A stretch of 64,000 bases of DNA from Patella caerulea. Taxonomy: Eukaryota. Positions 23,390 to 34,673 of this stretch are shown here, one piece after another (the first letter of the stretch is position 1; each line of letters starts with the position of its first letter). The stretch is taken from assembly GCA_036850965.1 (NCBI GenBank), contig JAZGQO010000009.1:289610-353609 (forward strand). The letters are read 5' to 3'. Below the pieces are notes generated by a model that was given only the letters and a program-made list of their open reading frames with translations, searched no databases and had not been told where the DNA came from. The position numbers and the translations under genes are program-made.

Positions 23390-23950
23390 CTGAAACAAAT
23401 TTGTATTCCATGAAATTACAATGGACACAATTTCTGCCAATATGATTACTTTTTACTGTACCTTAAAGGGAACATGGAAGCATATTGCTCACATTTCTTT
23501 AAACAGACAATTACTTCTAATGATAGAATTAAGACTGGTAATTTCTGATGTGCAAAATGTCCAGAATCCAGTTATACAAGGTTACTCTAGTCTTTATCGA
23601 GCAATGACAAGCCTTGTTAAAGCGTGACTCAGTAATAAACATTAAAACTGTATTCCATAGAACTATGTCTTTGTAGTTACAAAGACATGGAAATTTGTCA
23701 ACAACTGACATTCTCTGCAGATGTTATAAATGGAAACTGATCAAAGCACAACCTATAGTCTTGTGAAAATCCAAAGACGGGAGATTATCTACCTTATATC
23801 TTAATTTTGTTTTCGTAGTAAAATGCAAGGGACAATAAGCAGCTTTAATATGAAATAAAAATCTTTTTATTAAAATAAAGGGCGTAATGCAATGTTTATG
23901 GTCAAGAACATATTAGCTTAGAGAACAACCTGAATAGAAATAATACAAAC

Positions 23951-24015
23951 CAATATTTGTGACTCCAGTTTTGCTCTATGTTCAATAGACAGAGCTTCTG
24001 CTTTTAATCTAGCAG
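23951..24015 (-). CDS. MVP: MVP exon 23
   Basis: Acceptor is ttattgtag|CTGCTAGA and donor is AAATATTG|GTTTGTAT. It encodes (A)ARLKAEALSIEHRAKLESQIL. Human has LQAKLKAQALAIETEAELQRVQKV. Confidence 0.75.
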
Positions 24016-25343
24016 CTACAATAATACAAATGAAAAACACTAGGGTAAAAGCAAGAAGAAAAATTTCAGACAGTCAAAGCAAAAAAATAAACAAATTTAC
24101 AAGGATGGCAATTTAATTCTTGGCCGATAGCAAACCAAAATATTGGACAAAGATAAACAAACTTTTTAATATTTTAGATATACAGATATTAGACCGATGT
24201 TCTTATCAACACAAGAAGAACCGAGATGAATTGTCAACTCCAAAACAAGGGGAAGCCAGCCTGGAAAATCCAGCCCAACACCAACAGCTTACTTAATGAG
24301 TCACTGTAGTTCACAAGTAAATTATTATTATTATTATTACAACATATTTATAGTGCACCCTTTCATATAACATGTTCAGGGGCACTTTACAAAGTGACAA
24401 TGTAATCATATATAAACAACAAGATTATGGACATGTTAACGATCGTATACAGAGTCAGTTAAAAGCCTGATTAAATAAATGTGTTTTAAGTTGTTTTTTA
24501 AAAGAATATAGAGATGTACAACATCTTAAACTAAATGGTAGATTATTCCATAAAACAGGTGCTTGATAACTAAAAGAGAGCTGACCATAAGAGGCTAGTT
24601 GAATAGTTTTGGGCTTTAAAAGTAGTTTATCTGATGTACGTAATGTTCGGCCGATTGTATAAAGTTCTAAAAGATCTGAGAGGTAAACAGGAGCTAGATT
24701 ATTTAAGCATGTAAAGTTCCAATTTCACTTTTTCTAAGAAAGTCAAAATATAATTATTTCTATGTTTTTTTGCTCAAAAGGTTGTCAACTCACTATTATA
24801 CGATCATGGACAAAATTTTTTGGGGGGGTTAGAAAGGGTGACACTGGTTGATTGAGGAAATAGTTACTCAATTACCTCCCTTGTTTTCCCATTCTTCTCC
24901 ATGGACGGCCATCTTCAAACGTTTGAATTTGAAGTTGAAAATGATATTTTTGCCAATTTCTCAACTGGCAATAGTGAATTTTAGGATTAATAGGATTATT
25001 CTTTAACAAGGTAGGACTGTTTATAGGTTCAATCTATTTTGGGGCTTTATTTTAATAAATTTTAAAAATATAACTTAAAAAAATGCTATTGGAACTTTAA
25101 AAGTAAGTAACAAAATCTTAAAAACAATTTAATGTTTAACAGGTAACCAGTGTAAATTGTATAAAACAGGAGATATGTGGTCACATTTTTTAGTTAAAGT
25201 AACAAGTCTAGCAGCAGTATTCTGTAATTTATCTATAAGCTTTAACGGTAAACCAACTAAAAGTGAATTAAAGTTATCTAATCGCGAAGTGACAAGAGAA
25301 TTAACAAGTGAGATGGTCTATTAATGTTCATACAGAAACATAC

Positions 25344-25570
25344 CTTCTATTTCACTATGACAGTCGATTAATGTTTTTTCAGCCATAGCTTGAGCTTCTG
25401 CCTTCGCTTGACCAGTTGATTCAACAGCAGCTGTCATAGCACACAATTCTAGCAACTTGGTCCTTTCTAGTTCCGAGTTTCTTTCATTTACCAATTTCTG
25501 TCGTTCCAAATTTCCACGGGCAACCTGTTCATTTCTGCTTGCTTCATGAGAAGCTGCTGCCTCAACAGAA
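25344..25570 (-). CDS. MVP: MVP exon 22 (coiled-coil cap-helix region)
   Basis: Acceptor is tattttatag|TTCTGTTGAG and donor is ATAGAAG|GTATGTTT. It encodes [75 protein letters not shown]. Human has [74 protein letters not shown]. Confidence 0.9.
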
Positions 25571-25639
25571 CTATAAAATATAAGAAGTACATGTGACCTT
25601 CTCTGGCTAAATGAAACACATACCAGTATCAAAGGATTT

Positions 25640-25905
25640 TTTACTGGTGTTATAGTACAGGTTTTATACTAGGGATATTTTATCATAAAGGGTTTTTATA
25701 CTGGGGTTATTTTTACCATGGAGGGTTTTTTATTTACTGGGATTTTATATATTATACTGGGGTTCTTTTACCATGGAGGCTTTTTATACTGGGGGTTATT
25801 TCATTGTTGGTGTTTTTATACTGAGGTTATCTTACCATACACGGATTTGTATATTGTGGATATTTTACCATAGGGGATTTTTATACTGGGGATATATGTA
25901 CCATA
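25640..25905. repeat. Minisatellite (roughly 35-45-bp unit: ggggttatttttaccatggagggtttttatactgg) in an MVP intron
   Basis: Direct reading. Confidence 0.7.
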
Positions 25906-26101
25906 TAATTTGGTGGGGCTACAGAACTTTTTGGAGGGGCTGAGGATGTGACCAGCTAAGAACGCTCCTAAGAAATCAATATTGTTGGCAAAATATTGGG
26001 GGGGGGGGGCTAATTCGATTTTTCGGGGGGCTAAGTTATATTAGGGTTGTTTTACTGTTAAGGGTTTTGGTACTGACAATGCTATAAGATAAATGTGTTA
26101 C

Positions 26102-26202
26102 CTTGTAGATATTTCTATAGCAAGTTGTACAGATTTACTGAGACTGTCTCTCATCTTCTTATCAACAGGTTCAATACTCTGTACATCTAAACTACTTACA
26201 AC
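26102..26202 (-). CDS. MVP: MVP exon 21
   Basis: Acceptor is gtgtacgtag|GTTGTAAGT, with an in-frame TAG immediately upstream. Donor is TCTACAAG|GTAACAC. It encodes [33 protein letters not shown]. Human has [34 protein letters not shown]. Confidence 0.85.
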
Positions 26203-26636
26203 CTACGTACACAAAAATAATTACTTAAATAATTAAAATTCTTTACATTAGACAAAAAAAATAGATAGAATCAAGTTGTGGGTAACTTAATTAAGAAATA
26301 AAATGTGGTTCAATGTCCTAGTGTTCTGCAATGACTGGGCTAATGGAGACAGTAATATGCTGTGCAGTGTGCTATTGGGGGGGGAATTTGGCCGGAACAG
26401 TGGAGTTTTTGTCTGCTCTTCGTCAAATTACAGTTGTCACAGTTATTTTATATGCACGTCAACATGTCCACTGTTTTTAATCCCTGAGAACAACTAGACT
26501 AGACACTGTTCCTTACCAGGCCCACCATTATACACCGCAGGTGAATATTATGAGTAAACTACATAAATACTACAACATATGGCAACTTTTGAAATTATTG
26601 ATAATGATCAGTACTAGTTAATAACAACATCCTTAC

Positions 26637-26764
26637 CATATTATTAACCTCAAATTTGACTTGATCTCCAGTTTTACCAAACACAGCATACTGGATCACT
26701 TGAAGGGAATTTCTGTGGAATTTATCAAATGGAACTTGGGCTATTGCTGCCCGGATTTTTCCAC
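26637..26764 (-). CDS. MVP: MVP exon 20 (shoulder domain)
   Basis: Acceptor is tttattctag|GTGGAAAAATCC and donor is AATAATATG|GTAAGGATG. It encodes (G)GKIRAAIAQVPFDKFHRNSLQVIQYAVFGKTGDQVKFEVNNM. Human has [30 protein letters not shown]. Confidence 0.9.
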
Positions 26765-26879
26765 CTAGAATAAACAATTTTTATACATGAAGGTAAAATG
26801 AAATAGATATTGCTAATACATTAAATCATATTGTAAAAATGAAAACCAGTCAACACTGATATCCAAAATTCATATTATA

Positions 26880-27240
26880 TACTTTGTTTATTTTTTTTCA
26901 CATAGCAATCTAACATCACATATTGGCAATGTAACATCACATATTGGCCATCTAAAATCACATATATTGGCAATCTAAAATAAATCTAAAACCACATTAA
27001 ATATTAATCTAAATTCAAATCTAAAAACACATCAAATAGCAAAATAAAAAAGCATCATAAAGCAATCTAAAATCATATTGGACAACAATTTAAAATCAGG
27101 CAATAATACAAAATTACATTATATAGTAGCACAAAATCAGGCATAATACAAAATCATATTATATAGTAACACAAAATCACATTATATATATAGCAATAAA
27201 AAATCATATTATATTGCAACATAAGTACCATACCACTATT
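26880..27240. repeat. AT-rich degenerate tandem repeat (..atcacatattggcaatctaaaat..) in an MVP intron
   Basis: Direct reading. Confidence 0.6.
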
Positions 27241-27289
27241 TAAGCCAAATAAAGTGTTTTGCTGTTAATAATTGTATACCAATACTTAC

Positions 27290-27368
27290 CAATCTGATTA
27301 CAAGCAAAGCCAATAAAATCTGGTACAGCAAATATTTTCTTTTCAGTTTCTTCATCACCTTTGACATA
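27290..27368 (-). CDS. MVP: MVP exon 19
   Basis: Acceptor is atttccag|TATGTCAAAGG and donor is CAGATTG|GTAAGTATT. It encodes YVKGDEETEKKIFAVPDFIGFACNQI. Human has [31 protein letters not shown]. Confidence 0.85.
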
Positions 27369-27369
27369 C

Positions 27370-27840
27370 TGGAAATATAAGATTACTACAGTCTACAAAA
27401 CTAAATACTGGAATTATAAGATTACTACAGTCTACAAAACTAACTACTGGGAATATAAGATTACTGAAGTCTACAAAACCAAATACTAGGAATTAAGATT
27501 ACTACAGTCTACAAAACTAAATACTGGAAATATAAGATTACTACAGTCTACAAAACTAACTACTGGGAATATAAGATTACTACAGTCGACAAAACTAACG
27601 ACTGGGAATATAAGATTAATGCAGTCTACAAAACTAAATACTAGGAATTAAGATTACTACAGTCTACAAAACTAAGTACTGGGAATTAAGATTACTACAG
27701 TCTACAAAACAAAATTCCGATACTAGGAATTAAGATTACTATAGCTTGTACAATAAATACAAAACAAAATTCCGATACTAGGAATTAAGATTACTATAGC
27801 GTGTACAATAAATACTAGGAATATAAAGATTACCATAGTC
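27370..27840. repeat. Minisatellite, about 10 copies of a roughly 46-bp unit (tactacagtctacaaaactaa.tactgggaatataagat) in an MVP intron
   Basis: Direct reading. Confidence 0.85.
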
Positions 27841-27887
27841 TTCAAACCTAAATTCATAAATTAATATAATACATATTATTAACTTAC

Positions 27888-27947
27888 CTCAAAATGGTTG
27901 TTGAAGGCAACTTTTACTTGCAAACGAGCATGATCTGAAGTCTCCAC
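27888..27947 (-). CDS. MVP: MVP exon 18
   Basis: Acceptor is weak, ..atgatcaag|GTGGAGACT, with an in-frame TGA 7 codons upstream. Donor is CATTTTGAG|GTAAGTT. It encodes VETSDHARLQVKVAFNNHFE. Human has [20 protein letters not shown]. Confidence 0.75.
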
Positions 27948-27959
27948 CTTGATCATATG

Positions 27960-28300
27960 TAAATATCAGTATGTAAGTAACATTATATGTAATAAACATT
28001 ATAATTGTTAATCAATTTTATGATTTGTAATCAACATTATAATATGTAACCAATATTATAATGTAATGAATCTTACATATGTCATCAATCTAATGACATA
28101 TAATCAAACTGCATGACAAATAATCAATATCATAAAATGTAATCAACATTATAATATGTAATCAGAATCATAATATATAAATGGCATTATAATATGTAAT
28201 TGGCATTATAATTGTAATCAATATCATAATTTCAATCAATATCATAATATTATGTAATCAACCTTATAAGTAATTAATGTTATAATATGTAATCATGGTT
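27960..28300. repeat. Degenerate roughly 30-bp tandem repeat (atgtaatcaa.attataat..) in an MVP intron
   Basis: Direct reading. Confidence 0.6.
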
Positions 28301-28383
28301 TTAACATGTAATTAAGTAAAATGCTTAGAATCAGTTCTGTATTTATTTCAACTGATGTCTGTATAAAATCATTTAGAATATAC

Positions 28384-28463
28384 CTCAATGATATCTGTAA
28401 TAAAATCTGGTCCCAACATCAAACATAATGACTTCAAGGCATTTGTTTTCTTCGGTTTCCCAG
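28384..28463 (-). CDS. MVP: MVP exon 17
   Basis: Acceptor is ttatag|CTGGGAAACCG and donor is ATCATTGAG|GTATAT. It encodes (A)GKPKKTNALKSLCLMLGPDFITDIIE. Human has [29 protein letters not shown]. Confidence 0.9.
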
Positions 28464-28876
28464 CTATAATATATAATATAGCATTGTATACAAAATCATT
28501 TTAAATAAAGTATCATCATTAAGTCAGTGCAAGTCACTGTCAGAATAGTTTGTTGTTATGAATCAGACAGTTATAATCATACTATTGTTGAACTATCTAT
28601 ACTAATTTAGAAATTCTAATAGTTTAAGCTCTTGTACTAGCATTGTTCTCTATGTACTGTCACATACTGTTAATTAATTATTTGGGGGGTAACCATCTAA
28701 TACCAATGTAAGCATCAGATTTTTCAAAAGTTATTTAGAGGTTATAATGTTTAGAGAACTGAGCCAATCATAATCATAAGCTAGTCTTTAATATTGGTAT
28801 GAGGACATAGCAGGATGGTACGTTCATGCTTTGGCAGGTAAACAAATACAGTTTTGATAAAAGGAATAAAACCTAC

Positions 28877-28973
28877 CACTCAAACTAAGAACATTAAAGT
28901 TTTCGTGTGGACCAAGTACAGCCAGATCAGGTCCAAACATAACTCGTGCCGTTTTCTTCTGGTAGTTATAAAT
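28877..28973 (-). CDS. MVP: MVP exon 16
   Basis: Acceptor is ttgtag|ATTTATAACTACC and donor is TTGAGTG|GTAGGTTTT. It encodes [32 protein letters not shown]. Human has [32 protein letters not shown]. Confidence 0.9.
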
Positions 28974-29388
28974 CTACAAGTATAATTCATACAATCAGAC
29001 ATTTTGACATAATGACATACCACACTTCTTTCCAGCAAGGACGTCACAGGCTTAGTTTGTTTGGAGCTGGACTACTAACCAAGGGATGTTGGGTTCCATT
29101 CTGGTATTGTACAAGAAAGTTCCTCTGGATGTTCCAGTATAGTTTCCCATTGCCAGTAGTGAAGTATGACAAAGCGCGTTGCAAGACATATAGCATCTAG
29201 CCATTTGTATATTCCTTGATAATGCTTTTACAGTATAAGGTATACATTTTTATAGTAAATTTAATGACAAATACAATGTTGAAGTGCAAACACACATGAA
29301 TTTTAAGAGAGCCACCAATACATACAAATGATAATAAAAAGTTTCATTCACATCAGTTTTTTAAAAAATTGTCAAAGATCATATTTAC

Positions 29389-29445
29389 CTGTAGAGCGGT
29401 GTTACCAGGGATACGATATGTTATTACATATGTTTCATCTCTACC
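29389..29445 (-). CDS. MVP: MVP exon 15
   Basis: Acceptor is tatttag|GGTAGAGATG and donor is CTCTACAG|GTAAATAT. It encodes GRDETYVITYRIPGNTALQ. Human has PRNKTRVVSYRVPHNAAVQ. Confidence 0.85.
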
Positions 29446-29621
29446 CTAAATAAAGTAAAATATATCCATATTTAATACTGAGAGAAGTATTTAGATCAAA
29501 CTTGTCGGCAGTGAATATTACTGTAGCTAAAGATCAGTGGAAGACATGACAAAGAGAAGTTTCTGTAATTAGGATGGGGTATGCATATGTATTTTCAAGC
29601 TGTCTCTATGACTATGGAGCC

Positions 29622-29830
29622 AAGGGGGGTCAGTGAGTAAGGCACTGGCTACCAAACCAAGAGGTCCCTGGTTCGATCCCAGTGCTGGCCACAAAAGTTC
29701 CTTGGGATTTTTCAGTGTGGTTTTCTACTGTCTGGACAAAATGTCCCTCATAAATGATACTACATTACATGGCATATACCCATAATCATTAGCCCAGTTC
29801 GAGTGTAGAATATTAAGTAGGATAACCCCT
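29622..29830 (+). mobile_element. tRNA-derived SINE (family B-like variant head: ggggtcagtgagtaaggcactggctaccaaaccaagaggtccctggttcgatcccagtgctggcc)
   Basis: tRNA-like A/B boxes, ..cattagcccagttcgagtg.. in the body, and a truncated tail. Confidence 0.65.
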
Positions 29831-30022
29831 TTTTTCAAGCCAATCATTATAATCATCACATGACTATCTACACATGCATGATATCATGGAGACAAAAGCT
29901 ACAATATGTTAACAATAACAATAAAGAGCACGAGTTTACCTTAACAGAGCTGGATACATAAGATTTATATATGATTATAATTATAGAGAAAGAAACCATA
30001 TTTACCCTTCTGTAAATATTAC

Positions 30023-30101
30023 CTGTAAAACTTTAGGGTCTATAGATTGTTCATAGTAAGCTAGTTTACGTATATCACCTGTACCAGTACCACCTCCACA
30101 T
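30023..30101 (-). CDS. MVP: MVP exon 14 (poorly conserved linker)
   Basis: Acceptor is tttgttattag|ATGTGGAGG and donor is GTTTTACAG|GTAATATTT. It encodes (R)CGGGTGTGDIRKLAYYEQSIDPKVLQ. It aligns to the variable human segment KGQDPLADRGEKDTAKSLQPLA. The phase bridges exons 13 and 15 exactly. Confidence 0.6.
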
Positions 30102-30419
30102 CTAATAACAAAACAAATTTTACATTAAATCATAATATACCACTTCTACATCTAATAACAAAATAATTTTCAATTAGATTATTAATTATCTGTCTGTAAG
30201 AAAACAAATACATTAAATCATTAAATGTCTATGCCCTTAGGGTTGGTTTCTCTGTGTTAATAATGTATATAGAAACATACGGTGAATACCAATAGCACTA
30301 ATCTCATGTAGATAACACCATTTACACTATAAATATGGAATTGTACTCAGTCTACACAACCACCCTGTACAACTTTATATGTTGTTAAGTAGGTGTATAC
30401 TCATACAATGGAAATACTT

Positions 30420-31080
30420 ATCCACTATATTCATTTTTCATGTGGATAAGTAGGTGTATATGTGGTTATGTGAGTGTATTTTTGGTTATGTGAGTGTATT
30501 TTTGGTTATGTCAGTGTATATTTGATTATTACAGTGTATATTTGTTTAAGTCAGTGTATATTCAGTTATGTTAATTCAAATTTGGTTATGTTAATTTAAA
30601 TTTGGTTATGTCAGTGTATATTTGGTTATATATGTCAGTCTATATTTAGTCATGTCAGGTTATATACTGAGCGCCGTAGAAAACGCATCATTTAGTTTTT
30701 TGTATAACAAAATGATCCTGTAGCGTGTGTGTCCTCCACTGGCTCTTACGCATGCTGTGCAGCGACGTAGCATGGAATTAACCATCTGTGTCATACTTTT
30801 GGTTTTGACCCCTCGACTTTGTACCGTTGATTACAGATTAAACATCCATATGTGTTGTTAATGATGTGTTCCCATTTGAATATTGTTCACAATAAGTAGC
30901 AAAATAAATAAGATATGTTTACAGGATCATTTTGTTATACGAAAAACTAAGTGATGCATTTTCTATGGCGCTCAGTATATTTGGTTATGTCAGTGTATAT
31001 TTGGTTAAGTCAGTGTACATTTGGTCATTTTGGTGTATACATGTATTTGGTTATGTCAGTGTATATTTGTGGTTAAATAA
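30420..31080. repeat. 21-bp satellite (ggttatgtcagtgtatattt)n interrupted by a MITE insertion
   Basis: Satellite units lie on both sides of 30657-30975. Confidence 0.8.
30657..30975. mobile_element. MITE with roughly 57-bp perfect TIRs (ctgagcgccgtagaaaacgcatcatttagttttt.gtataacaaaatgatcctgta) flanked by TA. Tc1/mariner-like non-autonomous element.
   Basis: TIR at 30662-30718 and its reverse complement at 30917-30973. TA on both flanks. Confidence 0.75.
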
Positions 31081-31092
31081 TTTGAGGTAAAC

Positions 31093-31187
31093 CTGAGTAA
31101 TTCTTCAACATCTGAATGTAGTGGTTTCTTCCATAATTCTTCCCATTCTTCTAACATATATGAACATGGTCCCATTACAGCTCGCAC
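31093..31187 (-). CDS. MVP: MVP exon 13
   Basis: Acceptor is tttgccag|GTGCGAGCTG and donor is TTACTCAG|GTTTACC. It encodes VRAVMGPCSYMLEEWEELWKKPLHSDVEELL. Human has [30 protein letters not shown]. Confidence 0.9.
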
Positions 31188-31462
31188 CTGGCAAATTATT
31201 CAATCACATAAACTTTTGGCTAATAAAAGTTGGACACAAAATCACAAAAAATTGTTATCGAATTGAATAAATCCACAACCCTTTTTACTAAACTCAATCA
31301 TTGCTGATATCATTTAATTGGACATTTTCTAATTTGAAATGTCTATCATTGACATTTTCATTTTGTTTCATTAGTTAAATAATAAGAGTACAGTTTTACA
31401 TGGAATTAGATAAATATGAATGGCAATCAGGAGCTTTACACTTTTACGCTAAAGCCACTCAC

Positions 31463-31523
31463 CTGTCCAGTTCTAATATTCTGAACATAAACACCTTCAT
31501 TTTTACTTAGTGGTATTGTCTGT
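31463..31523 (-). CDS. MVP: MVP exon 12
   Basis: Acceptor is attacag|ACAGACAATACC and donor is CTGGACAG|GTGAGTGG. It encodes (R)QTIPLSKNEGVYVQNIRTGQ. Human has [21 protein letters not shown]. Confidence 0.9.
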
Positions 31524-31640
31524 CTGTAATATATCAACACCAATTATATAATATATTAGTAACAATTTGTTTTCAGTTATTCAGGATATTCAATTTGTTT
31601 TCAGTTATTCAGGGTATTCAGGCATATGTTTTCATGGTCT

Positions 31641-31855
31641 TGGGGAGCCACAGTGGCTGAGTAAGGCGCTGGCACAATAATCAAGAGTTCCCGGGTTCGG
31701 TTCTGGTCTAAGATTTTCTTCTCTTGATTCCCCTTGTCAGTGGTGCAGGACAGAGGATCTGGCAAGATCAGCGTGTGATCATTTCATTGCATTTCATTTT
31801 CATTTTCATTTTCATCATTTTCATTTTCATTTCATTTCATTTGCCTTATTTCATA
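31641..31855 (+). mobile_element. SINE family B-like copy with an expanded (cattt/catttt)n tail
   Basis: ggggagccacagtggctgagtaaggcgctggc...ggttcggttc... then tttcattgcatttcattttcattttcattttcatcattttcattttcatttcatttcatttg. Confidence 0.65.
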
Positions 31856-32204
31856 GATTAAAAGAGATCATTCAGTGATGAATTTCTTTAGCCCAAACAA
31901 TTTTCATAGGAACCCAAACATGCAGATCAAATAGATTTAAAAGTGTAACTCAACACTCTATGTTTATTTTGCTTTTACAAATCCTTTATATCATAGATTA
32001 GTGTATCAAAGAAATTGACTGAAAAAGGGGCAACCAGGATTGCTTCAGCAATGCATAATTTCGAAAGTTCAGATAACTTTTATGGGAACCAAAATGTGTG
32101 GATTAAAAAGATAAAAAAATGTGTCCTGACATTTCGTTTTATTTTGTGAGATCAATGTATAAGAAATTATTGCGTCTTTATTAAAATGAAGAAATGAAGA
32201 GTAC

Positions 32205-32295
32205 CTTTGTTTGAGAATTTTAACGTGTGTTGGTGGTATATATTCTAATGGTCCTAATAACATCCACCTATCACCAGCCTTTCTCTTAACAACAT
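32205..32295 (-). CDS. MVP: MVP exon 11
   Basis: Acceptor is attgcag|ATGTTGTTAAG and donor is AAACAAAG|GTACTC. It encodes (D)VVKRKAGDRWMLLGPLEYIPPTHVKILKQ. Human has [31 protein letters not shown]. Confidence 0.9.
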
Positions 32296-32544
32296 CTGCA
32301 ATATTATTTTAAGTTGTGAGCCATATGCATTCATAAATTGTAAATTATCTAGCAAATTCAAGTTTTCAGTTTAATTCAAGACTTACTGATCATCATTTAA
32401 GGGGTTAGAACTTCCAAACATTCAGCATCCTCTGAAGATGATATAAACAAGTCAGCAGAACCTTTTAAGTGCCGGGTAGAATCTTCTGAAGGCCCTCTTT
32501 TTAATCAATTTGAATCTACGCTATGAGGCCAATCTACACTTGAT

Positions 32545-32835
32545 ATGTTTTTATTCTCTATTAAAGGGGTATTATATGGAAGACAAGATAAAGAGCTGAT
32601 AGTTCTCACTATAATAGCTAAAAACAGATAACATAAAGAGCATATCCTGAAAATTTGAGTGAAATTACTATTCTCTGGGCATGTAGCAGCTGGACATGCA
32701 AGTACACTGAGAAAACCCAAGACGTTGGACAAATCGACCTGACTCCTTGTCTCATAGAAGAGGGAATTCAAAACCATATCACATGACATTGACTAATCGA
32801 CAGACCTTATGATTCAACGTGCACATGTTAACCAT
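32545..32835. mobile_element. Repeat family D fragment followed by a SINE family C fragment (reverse)
   Basis: 32545-32690 has aaagagctgatagttctcactataatagctaaaaacagataa. 32690-32830 has ..ccttgtctcatagaagagggaattcaaaacc..gacagaccttatgattcaacgtgcacatgttaaccatttgtcc. Confidence 0.55.
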
Positions 32836-32878
32836 TTGTCCTCTCACCTGAAACAATGGTATTAACTTATCAAAATAC

Positions 32879-32980
32879 CTTTAAACATATCATCTGTAAA
32901 ATCTTCAACAGCCTGTAGTACTATAGATTCATTATTAGATAATACAAAAGCTGACTGAATTCCTTTTTCTAAATATTCAC
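32879..32980 (-). CDS. MVP: MVP exon 10
   Basis: Acceptor is attttag|GTGAATATTTAG and donor is GTTTAAAG|GTATTTTG. It encodes (G)EYLEKGIQSAFVLSNNESIVLQAVEDFTDDMFK. Human has [36 protein letters not shown]. Confidence 0.85.
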
Positions 32981-33288
32981 CTAAAATATAACAAATATAT
33001 TGTTACATTTTTCTAAAGCATGAAGGCATAATAGAAACCTTAACAACAAAATATAGATTGCCAGGCACCAAAACATATTCCAACAGATCCAAGGTAGTCC
33101 ACAGATGTTGTCACATAAAGATACAATAAATAGCATTGGTATTTTGACAAGAATCTAAAAGTAAGTGCAGGAAGACTGCACTACACATAAGAGAAACCTG
33201 CACAAATGACAGAAACAGTACTAGAAGTAAAGAACAGATATAAATTCAAGAGAATGGATCTGTAATCAGTAATTGATATAATTCCTAC

Positions 33289-33430
33289 CTGGATGTAAGA
33301 AGAAACTAGTTAATCCTTTTTTCAGTAGAAATTGTCCGTGTTGAGGTTTACCATCTTTATCTACGGGATTAACTACAACACAGTATTTACCTTTACTTAA
33401 TACTGTCTTATGTACCTCTCTTACAATAGC
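33289..33430 (-). CDS. MVP: MVP exon 9 (vault repeat domain)
   Basis: Acceptor is atttcag|GCTATTGTAAG and donor is CATCCAG|GTAGGAA. It encodes AIVREVHKTVLSKGKYCVVVNPVDKDGKPQHGQFLLKKGLTSFFLHP. Human has [46 protein letters not shown]. Confidence 0.9.
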
Positions 33431-33943
33431 CTGAAATCAAAACAAAAATAACCAGTGTATATTAATATCATTTAAAGTTTTAAATATATATCTGATTAAT
33501 TCATACATCCTATTTTGATTATTTTCTATCATTTAAATTTTGTCTTTATGGCAGCAGAGTTAAGAAATGAAATGGTACATTTTCTAAGCTTTGCATGAGG
33601 TGCGCACTGAATTATTGGAGACATATCAAATATCTTATTTTAAAAAAAAAAATCAATAATAAATTGACATTTGTATTCTAATCAGATTGCACATCAGAAA
33701 CCAGAAATATAAAACTAAAGATATCTCAAATTACAACTTAAAGCTGTCGGCATATTTCTGACAATATCTCATTTCTCCACAGTCTAATCCCTGCACTAAT
33801 ATCTTAGATTTGTATTAAATCATCATCATCATCATCATCATCATCTCATAATATTCAGGTTGTGATCACAACTATGACAAAGTGAATACTTTCTTAAACA
33901 AACTCATTATAAGAATATTAAGACTTTTATCAACTAGACATAC

Positions 33944-34010
33944 CACGCCAATCTGAGGTGCAAGTTCATTTACATCTTCTCCAGTAATCAACCATTCTTC
34001 TCCAGTTTGT
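33944..34010 (-). CDS. MVP: MVP exon 8
   Basis: Acceptor is ttccttag|ACAAACTGGAG and donor is TGGCGTG|GTATGTC. It encodes (R)QTGEEWLITGEDVNELAPQIGV. Human has [28 protein letters not shown]. Confidence 0.9.
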
Positions 34011-34269
34011 CTAAGGAAATGATAAAAGAAAATCTTATATTTAGAAAATAAAAACTATATCAAATTCAAAGAAATGCACAAACTAAGCTAATGAAAACAG
34101 ATATCCTTTATCAAAGTGTTATTCACGAGCAGATAAACCTGACCTCAATTTTCTGTATCATTTGGATTTGGATGACTAGACACTGTTTATTGCCATTCTT
34201 TCAACAAATCTGAGAGGATTTTTCAGATAACACCAGCACAAGTTAAAATTACAGTTTATATATAACTAC

Positions 34270-34364
34270 CTTTGTTTTCCACTTATATCTACGAGTGTTT
34301 GAGTAGCAGCTAGATGTAGTCCTGTTTCAGGTGTTAGAGTTATCTTTTGTTCTTTTACAACCAC
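34270..34364 (-). CDS. MVP: MVP exon 7
   Basis: Acceptor is taatctacag|GTGGTTGTAAAAG and donor is AAACAAAG|GTAGTTAT. It encodes VVVKEQKITLTPETGLHLAATQTLVDISGKQ. Human has [28 protein letters not shown]. Confidence 0.85.
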
Positions 34365-34379
34365 CTGTAGATTACATAT

Positions 34380-34603
34380 ATCAAATACTAGGACAGGTTG
34401 AAGAATAAATTATTACTTGTTCACAAAATCCTCGTAGATATCATATATTTTATTACATACTTGTTCACTAACTCCAGGTAGATATTACAATGATATTATA
34501 AATGTTTACCTGTTCACAAACCCCAGGTAGATATTACAATTATATTATAAATGTTTACCTGTTCACAAACCCCAGATATAACAATGCTACTATAGATGTT
34601 TAC
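34380..34603 (-). repeat. About 4 tandem copies (roughly 58-bp unit) of the 3' end plus donor of MVP exon 6, lying in the downstream intron
   Basis: Each unit on the minus strand reads ..tatctacctggggtttgtgaacag|gtaaacatttataat... The true exon end is TATCTACCTGGAGTTTGTGAACAG|GTAAACATC. Confidence 0.8.
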
Positions 34604-34673
34604 CTGTTCACAAACTCCAGGTAGATAAGCACCTGGATCGGATATTATCCATTCTTCACCAGTTACACGTTGA
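34604..34673 (-). CDS. MVP: MVP exon 6
   Basis: Acceptor is ttatttcag|TCAACGTGTAAC and donor is GTGAACAG|GTAAACATC. It encodes (S)QRVTGEEWIISDPGAYLPGVCEQ. Human has [25 protein letters not shown]. Confidence 0.9.

Noticed and set aside
27370-27840. Possible CRISPR array (regular roughly 46-bp periodicity). The same question applies to 30420-31080 and 50830-51660.
   Set aside because: The units are near-identical direct tandem copies with no alternating unique spacers. They lie in introns of a eukaryotic gene. They are minisatellites and satellites.
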